Positions 35,898-47,800 of a stretch of 64,000 nt of DNA are shown piece by piece. The translations under genes and the position numbers were made by a program. How positions within the stretch are numbered: the first letter of the stretch is position 1; every line of letters starts with the position of its first letter. Under the pieces are notes generated by a model that worked only from the letters and a program-made list of their open reading frames with translations, was not told the DNA's origin and made no database searches. The stretch is from the NCBI GenBank assembly GCA_040954595.2, contig CM082577.2:17749500-17813499 (forward strand). Direction: 5' to 3'. This DNA is from Balanoglossus misakiensis (Eukaryota > Animalia > Hemichordata).

Positions 35898-38800
35898 CCG
35901 AATATCCATTAAATTCTTGGAAATTTAATAAAGTGCAATGCAAAAAAGGCGGATTTTCATCCCCAAAGTCACTAAAAGTGAAAAAAAAAATGTATGATGA
36001 TTTACTTTCGCGCTGATTATCGTACCCACCGCGGCCGACTGGCCACGCTGAGTTATATATAGCCGCTCTAGAAAACATGACCTCAGACAGGTCCCTCGGG
36101 ACCGTGCCTCGAATTCAACGATCACGTAGATGGACGCGCTGCCGCGTATGAAGTCACCGGAGAGCTTTCCAAAGCGGCCGCGTGGAGCTGCTTCAGTCCG
36201 TCCTCGACGCGAAACACCCAACATTGGAAGATCCCGACTTGGACTCGGAGAATGAACCACTCAAAAATTTGCATAAAAGTCGAGGTGGCCATCCCTCATT
36301 TGCATAAATCTCGAGGCCATATCCGGGCTAAAGCCCCCCCCTGTTTTTTCGCTAATCTGTTGGCCCAGCACCCGGGGCTCTTACCCGGGCAACTACGGTA
36401 TGTGCATATGCAATTGTGTATGTATGTATGTATGTATGTATGTATGTATGTATGTATGTATGTATGTATGTATGTATGTATGTATGGATGTATGGATGGA
36501 TGGATGGATGGATGGATGGATGGATGGATGTATGGATGGATGGATGGATGGATGGATGGATGGATGGATGGATGTATGTATGTATGGATGGATGGATGGA
36601 TGGATGGATGGATGGATGGATGGATGGATGGATGGATGGATGTATGTATGTATGTATGTATGTATGTATGTATGTATGTATGTATGTATGTATGTATGTA
36701 TGTATGGATGTATGTATGCATGCATGCATGTATGCATGCATGTATGTATGTACAGACCCGCCAATAAGTATTTACGCACCTTGAAAATGTACGTTTGACA
36801 TGAAAAATTATTCACAAAATCGATTGACTGTAACTTATTTCCGAAAATAAATAACCTACGGAAGGTTTAACCCATTTTAGTCAACACAGATGTGTTGCCG
36901 CGCCGAATTTGACTGCATACGCGGCGAGTTTTTCGGCCAGTGAAATTTCCTATGGTTATTGCAATGGCGGTATACTCATTAACATCTCATTTGCATCTCA
37001 TTAACTTTTTGCACCATTGTTTCCGTGGATAATTTCCCTCTATTCATATTTAAATCTCCACCAATCAGAGCTTTTAAATATAATTACGATTAAATTTGGG
37101 GGCGGGAAAATCTGCCAGACTTGCTTATGAATATTCTGATCGAGGTCGTCGGAGGTTGCTGCATAATTTTTGCTTGTATACATTGGATCAATGAAATCAT
37201 GCCCAAAGTTCGCGAACTTCCTGAGGTCAAATTGAGGCACTGCATAGGCAAGGTTTGAGAAACCGAGAAATCGCAAGGCAGCTTGGAATCACCGAAGGCA
37301 GCGTCAGGTACAACATTCGGAAACTTGTTCAAAATGGTAGCACGGACAATTTACACCGATCTGGACGGCCAAGGCGAACAACAGAACGGGAAGACCGAAT
37401 GTTAATACGATCAAGTCTGACGGACAGATTTAAGACGGCCCGTGACCTCCGCGCTAAGTTTCACGAGGATACCGGGAAACTTTTGAGTCTGAGCACAATC
37501 AAATCCCGATTGTATAGAGGAGCCAGACTCCGTGGATGTGTGGCCAAGAAAAAGCCGAAATTACAACCACGGCACATCGCAGCGCGACTACGTTTCGTCC
37601 GGCGTTACGTGAACTGGACACCTGTTCAGTGGTCCCGGGTTGTTTGGTCGGACGAGTCGAAGTTCACCGTGTATAGGAGCCGGGGGAGAGTTTTCGTTAG
37701 ACGGCGACCCGGCGAGGAGTACGAAATTGACTGTATCAGTCCCACAGTGAAGTTTGGTGGTGGTAGTGTTATGGTTTGGGGGTGTTTCTCGGCTGCAGGG
37801 GTTGGTTCACTCGTTCGAGTCGAGAACACTATGAATCGCTGGAAGTACCTAGACATTCTACAAAACGAAATGCTACCACCGGCTTTGAGACTCGTCAGGC
37901 TCGACTTTGTGTTCCAGCAGGATAATGCCCCTGTACATACTGCCTTGGCTGTGAAATCATTTCTGCAAAATCCCCAGGATTACGGCTACCCGTTCGACAA
38001 TTTCACTACATTGGAGTGGCCAGCCCAGTCTCCAGATTTGAGCCCCATCAAGAACCTGTGGGAGTTAATCGACTTGGACGTTCATTCCCGTCCAATTCAC
38101 AGCAGCGACGACCTGTTTGACCGCATTGTAACATCGTGGGAACAATTCCAGCAAAATATGTGTCGGAAACTCGTCGACACTATGCCCAAGCGCCTGCGAG
38201 AGGTCATCAGGAGAAGGGGTGGACATACTCATTATTGACAGTTGTTACGTTCGATTTCACCTCATGAATATTTATGACGTTCTTTGCATTGTTGTTCCCA
38301 TAGAGAATGGAACGTTTCGCCGACTCCGCCGCATATCTATATTTACGTCAATATTTCTCGCTCAAATTTAATCGCACATGAAAGATTTTCGCTGTACAAC
38401 TGTTGTTTCTCGTGAATTTATTAAATATTTTTGAATTTTCGCTAAAAACTGTCTGCAAGGTGTGTTATTTCATGTTTCATAAACGTTTTCACTGCAGAAC
38501 ATGGGTGCGTAAATACTTATTGGCGGGTCTGTCTGTCTGTCTGTCTGTATGTATGTATGTATGTATGTATGTATGTATGTATGGATGGATGGATGTATGG
38601 ATGGATGGATGTATGGATGGATGGATGGATGGATGTATGGATGGATGATGGATGGATGTATGTATGGATGGATGGATGGATGGATGGATGGATGGATGGA
38701 TGGATGTATGGATGGATGGATGGATGGATGGATGTATGGATGGATGGATGGATGGATGTATGTATGGATGGATGGATGGATGGATGGATGGATGGATGGA

Positions 38801-41800
38801 TGGATGTATGGATGGATGGATGGATGGATGGATGGATGGATGTATGTATGGATGGATGGATGGATGTATGTATGGATGGATGGATGGATGGATGGATGGA
38901 TGGATGTATGGATGGATGGATGGATGGATGGATGTATGGATGGATGGATGGATGGATGGATGGATGTATGGATGGATGGATGGATGGATGGATGGATGGA
39001 TGGATGGATGGATGTATGTATGTATGGATGGATGGATGGATGGATGGATGGATGTATGGATGGATGGATGTATGGATGGATGGATGGATGTATGGATGGA
39101 TGGATGGATGGATGGATGGATGGATGGATGGATGGATGTATGTATGTATGGATGGATGGATGGATGGATGGATGTATGGATGGATGGATGGATGGATGGA
39201 TGGATGGATGGATGGATGGATGGATGTATGGATGGATGGATGTATGGATGGATGGATGGATGGATGGATGGATGGATGGATGGATGGATGGATGGATGGA
39301 TGGATGGATGTATGGATGGATGGATGGATGGATGGATGGATGGATGTATGGATGGATGGATGGATGGATGGATGGATGGATGGATGGATGGATGGATGGA
39401 TGGATGGATGGATGGATGGATGGATGGATGTATGGATGGATGGATGGATGGATGGATGGATGTATGGATGGATGGATGGATGGATGGATGGATGGATGTA
39501 TGGATGGATGGATGGATGGATGGATGGATGGATGGATGGATGTATGTATGTATGGATGGATGGATGGATGGATGGATGGATGGATGTATGTATGTATGGA
39601 TGGATGGATGGATGGATGGATGGATGTATGGATGGATGGATGTATGGATGGATGGATGGATGTATGGATGGATGGATGGATGGATGGATGGATGGATGTA
39701 TGTATGTATGGATGGATGGATGGATGGATGGATGTATGGATGGATGGATGGATGGATGGATGGATGGATGGATGGATGGATGGATGTATGGATGGATGGA
39801 TGTATGGATGGTATGGATGGATGGATGGATGGATGGATGGATGGATGGATGTATGGATGGATGGATGGATGGATGGATGTATGGATGGATGGATGGATGG
39901 ATGGATGGATGTATGTATGGATGGATGGATGGATGTATGTATGGATGGATGGATGGATGGATGGATGGATGGATGGATGTATGGATGGATGGATGGATGG
40001 ATGGATGGATGTATGGATGGATGGATGGATGGATGGATGGATGGATGTATGGATGGATGGATGGATGGATGGATGGATGTATGTATGGATGGATGGATGG
40101 ATGGATGTATGTATGGATGGATGGATGGATGGATGGATGGATGGATGGATGTATGGATGGATGGATGGATGGATGGATGTATGGATGGATGGATGGATGG
40201 ATGTATGTATGGATGGATGGATGGATGGATGGATGGATGGATGGATGTATGGATGGATGGATGGATGGATGGATGGATGTATGTATGGATGGATGGATGG
40301 ATGTATGTATGGATGGATGGATGGATGGATGGATGGATGGATGTATGGATGGATGGATGGATGGACGGACGGACGGACGGACGGACGGACGTACGTACGT
40401 ATGGATGGATGGATGTATGGATGGATGGATGTATGGATGGATGGATGGATGGATGTATGTATGTATGGATGGATGGATGGATGGATGTATGTATGGATGG
40501 ATGGATGGATGGATGGATGGATGGATGTATGGATGGATGGATGGATGGATGGACGGACGGACGGACGGACGGACGTACGTACGTATGGATGGATGGATGG
40601 ATGGATGGATGGACATGCATGAGGCATCATAAGGGAAACTCCCAGTGGTAAATACCAAATAAGGCAAAAAGTCAGACTTACCATATTGTTTGTTCGATCA
40701 ATAGCTTCTATTGGATGATTCAAACTTGGTTTGCCAAGATATACATCTTCTGTATGCTGGTATTGGCGCAAAAGTTTTAATAACTGCACTATATTTACAT
40801 AATTATCATCGTCTACATGACAAAACCACCTATCAGAAAGAAACAAAATGTTCCAGAGTTACAAACAACTAAAATGAAAGATGGGTTTGCGAAATCTCGT
40901 CTAAACTTCACTGAGTATTTGGTACAGCGAATAGAAGAGAAATATCCTGCTGAATGCACTGACAGCCAGTTGGTGGGTTACTCGCTGCGGAACGAGTGTC
41001 GACAGATGAAATTCACTTTACGTGCACACAGCCACCCTAATTTCACTGAGTAATCATGTCATTTACTTATTCAATAGTACGCAGAAATGTTTCCTGCATT
41101 TGGAAAATTGGCATGTATTGATCCCTGTGTCAGTCTTCTGCACCATGTGAAGGTGGTTTCAGCTGTTTATTAGAACTGGCTCAAAGCGGCAAGGCGTAGA
41201 AGATTGTCTGATGACAATGTTGATAATTTGGTGTTGCTGTCAATGCTAATTTGCATATTTTTGGCAATGCCACACCCCTTTTTTTCAGCTATCTATTCAA
41301 AGAGTACAAAAGTAAACTACCGTGGTACCCGCACATGGCTATTGGAAACTCCTCATAGACCAGAAATGGTGCTGTTTTTAAACTAAGATTGAGGTGAAGT
41401 TTGACGAACGTTTCAATTGAAAATATGCTAAATGTAGCGGCTATTGGGGCTCTAATAAATGTATTTTTATTACAGTTGTTTCATAACATAAAATCACTAA
41501 AAAAGTTGTTAGACCTGTTTAGAATACCATTTGGTTATAATGTATGTTTTGAATGAATGTTTTACATTGTATTACAACAGTCAGTACCTAATGGATGTAA
41601 AGCATAGTATTCAAACTAACATAAAAACATGTTCTAATAATCCTATTCATTTAAGGTAATGAAATAAGCAGATGCAAGAACATTTAATACTCATAGTAGT
41701 AAGAAAACCTGAAAGACAAACTTATGACAAAAGGTAACTTTATACTGGTATACTTCAATTGACATGTCTATAAAACGCTTTCAACTAATACACATACTTA

Positions 41801-44800
41801 TTTGTTGGTTGAAATGTGAAAATTGTTTTATATTTACCTTTTGTTAGATTGTAAAAATATATCATACATCATTGACATCTTACAACAAAGGGCCTGCCTG
41901 TAATGAATCAAAAGAAGAAAATATGTTAGTCCATGAGCTGGTGGGGGTTTACGTCCACCCCCGGGGGTGGCTATTATGGAGACAACATTGTTCTCAGTAG
42001 TAATTGTATATTGAGTAAAATGCCATCTTGGCTTTGGGTTGTTTTGAATTAAGCTTAATCAGAAAATAGTTTTTTTATTTGTATTGTATGTACCATACAA
42101 TACAAATAAAAAAAATATTTACCATACAATACAAATAAAAAAATATTTTCTGATTAAGCTAGGTTCCACAAGGTTTACAATGAAAACACTCTAGGTATAC
42201 ATGTAGATACATACTGTTTTTACAGGTAGGTGGATGATTTGGCTTTGACATGCCAATGCCTGTTTCATTGTTATTACAGCCAAACAGTCTGCATTGGAGG
42301 ATTGTTAGCAGAATTAAGGTACAGCTGTACTGAATTTTAGAGAGAAAGGTTACAATGCCCAACTTTAGGGATATCCATTCGCGGTTCTGTTGAAGAGCGA
42401 TACGTCAAACCCCCAAAATCATCACCTAAATATGAGGAACCATTTTGACCAGACTCTTATCATGCATAAAGATTAAACTTTGAGACATCATGCATTAAAG
42501 CAAGTTGATCATTGCTTCGAAAAAATACATCCTTATGTAAGAAGAGGCCACCTTATGATGTGCAATGCAGTATAGCCTTTGATAGTCAGACCTTCTCACT
42601 GTTTGAATGACATTTCCTTTTTCACGCTTACTCTCAGCTTATTCTGATTTATCCAATCCCTGTGTGCAAATTTTCACTTACTGTCACACTTGTTCCATTC
42701 AAACTGACTGTGAAATGTGTTGATCAACTAAACTGTGAGAGTAGTGGATATTTTCAAAGTGTAGCAGTGACAATGAAAGTGTAGCGTAGCAGGGCCTAAT
42801 AGTGCCTGGAAAGAACACTGGTCTTTACAGTGCATACAACTATATGAGTTGTCCTCTTGTATGTCTTGTCAAAGCACTGTAATACACTTACCTTGTATGT
42901 TGTGAGGAGCAATTGGTATTAATCAAATGTCCATCTGCAAATACAAATAATCAGGTGTAAATGAGTATTTGTCCAAACTCAAGAAGGAGCCGATGTTGAA
43001 ACTGGTTTGAAATCTATGGTTTGAAGTTCAACATTCCAAAGTAACTTGTGTGCTTTTATTTTGTCAATGATATCTGAGGGGATTATTGTCTTTTGGTGAC
43101 AGCTACTACCAGCTAGAAAGCAGTGCTTTATAAGGTATATGTACTATCACTACCACTCAAGGCAAAATACATACTCTTTCAAAGCAATAGAATTACTAGA
43201 TCGGCCCATCTGTTACCAGCCCAGATTATACTTACAAAATTTATCTGAATACACAGGATCATCGCCATCTGTGAATACATAAGTCTGCAAATGAAAAAGA
43301 AAAATCCAAGTTAAACATATCTGGCCCAAGTGTACATTAAAATATAAGCAAATTATAAATATGTATCATGAAGAGAAAAATCATTTTCAACGACATAAAG
43401 CTCAATTAGATTTAAAAAGCATTTGAGGAAATCATTGGAATGAAATCAATCAAGGCATTTCAGCAAAATACTAGTGCTGGAAACATTTCTAAAAAAAGTA
43501 TTAAAGCCCCATGAGCCGCAATTTTTGAGAAATTATCCTGAAAATCTATTTTCAATTGTGTAGTGTGCTAATATTAGTCCATAAAGAGGTATGCACTGAA
43601 GTAAATACAAGCATTATAAACCCTATGTAAGTACGAGTACACATGCTGGATAAATAATAAAAGCTGAGAAAATGCAAAATACAATGGAAACTTTGCATTT
43701 CCCACTTTGAAACTTCATAAACATTTAGCAAGATCTCATCCACTAGAACACATAAAAGTAAATGTACTCCACTGAGACATACGTTTTACATTTTCATTTT
43801 TCATTGCAATATTTCCCGTTTTTTAATAAATTGTGGGAATTTTCAACTGTACTGATATTTCTTTAATTTTCTGGCCATTTTGTCATATATAAGTGTTTTC
43901 TTGAAATACTATCAGGCAATAAAATTTAATTGAGGGAATTGAAACCATATCCGATATTATTTAAAGCTTAACATTTTTTATCAAGTTGCAGCTCATGGGG
44001 TTTTAACATAGTCTATATGAATTATCACAAAACTCCTTTGACATGAACATGCCATATACTCTAAATACTTATGGGTTATTACACGAATTTTGGTTGATAA
44101 CACGTCGTATTCGAGTGATGTCACGAGAATGCGTCGCATTATCGACCAAAATCCGTGTAATAACCCCTTTATCATACATGCCTACCTATAAAACAGTACG
44201 ATTTGCGAAAATGCGCCGAGAAAAACAATTTCACGGCCAGAAATTTGAACCGGGCACACTGGGATCACGGCAGTAGCCCATAGCCAAGTGAGACAGGACG
44301 ATGCGAACAGGTGATCAACATGTAGGCCGTAGTATTATTCTAAGGGCGTTGGCAGGATATGCTAATTTGCATAAATTTGCATAACATATGGCATTCAAGC
44401 GGGGTTCGAGCGACACTTTCAAAAACAGACATTGTCAATGTAAGTATGGCCGCGGTCACTGAGGTTAGAGGTCAACTAATCGTGCCCTGGCTCCTGATTC
44501 CAAAAGAATCAGTTTGAGTAACTACTAAATAACAACAAAGAAATACAAGAGTTACATTTACAAGTGATTGTAGGCGTCATCGTCAACAACGGTCCACATT
44601 CAAATGAAAGTAAACCGTATTTATGGTTTACCCGCTGAAATTCAATATTTACGTCACTGAGGCTCTCGACCAATCAGGAGCCAGGGCACGATTGAAACCT
44701 CCACATTTCGAGCAGTTTGCCTTTAAATTGAGCTTTTTTTTGCTATGGATCACAAAACATATACTTGTTAGCTTCTACCCGCCGCATTTCGGTAAGTTTT

Positions 44801-47800
44801 AATGAAATTTTCGCAGCGAAATCGCCGCTTGAACATTGTGATCTCGTCAGTATCCTGGCCTGTCCTGGCCTGGCGTTGCGTACCTTCTCTCTCTATATAC
44901 GGTTACTGCAGCCCCATCGCGACCATTGCAAAGCGATTGTTTTAAGTACCTGTGTCTAGATCAGACTCGACTGCACGCTCGGGAGACGTAAACAAATATG
45001 GCGGCCACCATGTACCAGCCGACCCAACGACGGCACGATCTATTTCACGCGCAGTTTACTAGCGAAAACTTTACACCACGGGCCGCAATGCAGCATGTCC
45101 ATCTTAAACTTTGTGTAAATTTTTACTTTCAATTTTACTGGGGACCGAATCTTAAGAAACGAACGAAAATTACGCCCAAATGGTTTTCTGAGCGAAAACC
45201 GCTTGACCCTGCCCCGTTCAGTGAGTTGTCGGTACCTTCCAGTTTGCTATGGGAGGGGAAAGTACATCAGCTGAACTTGATCTCCGTTTCACACCTCCAG
45301 TCAGTCTCTAAAGAGCTGTGAACGTGTGAATGTCGACCTAAACCATACAAAACGATTGCAATGTTTGTTTCATTGTTTTATTTTACAACAAAAGACATTC
45401 ATTTGTGAAAAAGCAACACAGGCGTGAATAGGGCAATTCTTTTTACAATAGAATATCAGATAGCATATCGGCCTGATTGATAGCATATCGGGCAAAATTA
45501 TAGGATATCGGCCCCGATATGCCAAAACCCTCTGGGGAGAACACTGGGCATATCCGCATTCTAAAAATTAGCGTCCAGGACACTTGGTGCTCTCTCAGTG
45601 TGTAGTGGATGATGAGCAACATATTTGGAGAACAGTGGTTTGGTATATGGGTGAAAGGAACAATTTGCAAACACCAAGGTGAAATGCTGAACTGTTTTGC
45701 TCATGTAATATTGAATGCAGCCTGATAAGGTGGGTGCTTGGCAGGGGGAAAAACCACATGTCAAGGGCTCTAATAACTGTTTTAAATGGCCCGCACACAC
45801 AAATGGCCTCACACAAATATATTGTCATTTCCCTCTCAGATTTTGTATCTTATGTTATACTGATGGAATTCATTGTGTATTGTACATCAAATTGCACCAG
45901 TGCAAGCTATGAGAAATGGGTTTTGAAAAAAATCGCGTCAAGGACACGGTGGTCCCATTGAGGGATTACACAAGAAAAAGTCTACACCGGAGTACATGGC
46001 CATATACAGACAGACAGACACACACACACACACACGTAGAGAGAGATCAATGGGCAAACACTGACTGACCCATAAGCTGCCAATGGCATATTTACTGTAC
46101 ATACACTAAATAGAACACCTGGCCTCTTTAAAACTTAGCCAGTTATGTAATCATCCAGGAATTTGCTGTGTATATAAATATCACAGGAGGGGTTTCTGCC
46201 TAATTAAAACAACTCAATAAAGTAAATACACACTACTTTGCAAGGCAATCTGACGAGTAGTTCTTGAGTTACTGAGTTTTGCCCAAATTCACATTTTTCC
46301 AGCTAATTTGCATATTTTTGGCAATGACAACTTCATTTGAACAAACACCCATCTACAGCCCAGCCTGCATCTGCACACCAAATATCAAGGTGATACACGC
46401 AGCGGTTTTCCATCCATCCATCCATCCATCCATCCATCCATCTGCAACCGATCCCAGCGAAAACACTGCTGGCTAATCCGTTCCGATTTCTGTCACTGTT
46501 CCAATTCTTCCTCAACACCTCAAAGCTACACACCACCACCAAAAACATAAAGCTACACACCCCTACCAGAAAATGGTATGCATTCTTGACAGGTTGACGG
46601 ATGGAAGTTGACACCGGAACTTTGGAAGTAGCTGATTCCCAATTCCGAAGTCTCCCTGTGTAAACACTTCGGAGCCAATAAAATTGTCTACGGTCTCTTT
46701 CAAAATATCATGTTAACAATTATTTCGAGTGAGAATTCCGAAGAAGTAAAAATAGCGTCAAGGACACTGTGGTCCCATTTGAGGACATAGCACATAGCAA
46801 CAAGGCAATAAGCATATCTGCCCTGGATGCAAAGATATGGAAAAGTAGGTCAAAGGTCACCTGAGGGCATGCAAAATTTGGGCAAGAAATTTTGACCCTA
46901 TACTGGTCCATGTTCAACAAAAACCAAACCTATAGCCCTATTGGTTAGCCTGGAATTAGGTATGCACATAATTAATGAGATATGCAGGTGTCACAGGTGA
47001 ACCCCAATTTTGGCTTTTCAATTTTAGTCCCAACCCTCCAAATGCGAAGTCTGTACCTGCTCTGGATGCCAAGATATGATAAAGTAGGTCAAAGGTCACC
47101 TGAGGGCATGCAAAATTTGGGCAAGAAATTTTGACCCTATACTGGTCCATGTTCAACAAAAACCAAACCTATAGCCCAATTGGTTAGCCTGGAATTAGGT
47201 ATGCACATAATTAATGAGATATGCAGGTGTCACAGGTGAACCCCAATTTTGGCTTTTCAATTTTAGTCCCAACCCTCCAAATGCGAAGTCTGTACCTGCT
47301 CTGGATGCCAAGATATGATAAAGTAGGTCAAAGGTCACCTGAGGTCATGCAAAATTTGGGCAAGAAATTTTGACCTTATACTGGTCCATGTTCAACAAAA
47401 ACCAAACCTAAAGCCTTATTGGTTAGCCTGGAATTAGGTATGCACATAATTAATGAGATATGCAGGTGTCACAGGTGACTCCCAATTTTGGCTTTTCAAT
47501 TTTAGTCCCAACCCTCCAAACGCCAAGTCTGTACCTGCTCTGGATGCCAAGATATGGAAAAGTATGTCAAAGGTCACCTGAGGTCATGCAAAATTTGGGC
47601 AAGAAATTTTGACCCTATACTGGTCCATGTTCAACAAAAACCAAACCTATAGCCCTATTGGTTAGCCCGGAATTAGGTATGCACATAATTAATGAGATAT
47701 GCAGGTGTCACAGGTGACCCATATTTTGGCTTTTCAATTTTAGTCCCAACCCTCCAAACGCCAAGTCTGTACCTGCTCTAGATGCCGAGATATAGGAAAG

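Noticed and set aside
36252-36815. Overlapping 120-170-aa repetitive ORFs
   Set aside because: Microsatellite translation.
37255-38238. Active or domesticated transposase gene
   Set aside because: The listed start is TTG, the true ATG is out of frame, the catalytic E is mutated, and TIRs are intact, so this is a defective transposon copy.
38470-40846. 656-785-aa ORFs in all six frames (HPSI/MDGW repeats)
   Set aside because: Artefact of stop-free (GGAT/GTAT)n. Only 40682-40829 is a real fringe exon, ending at a canonical donor.
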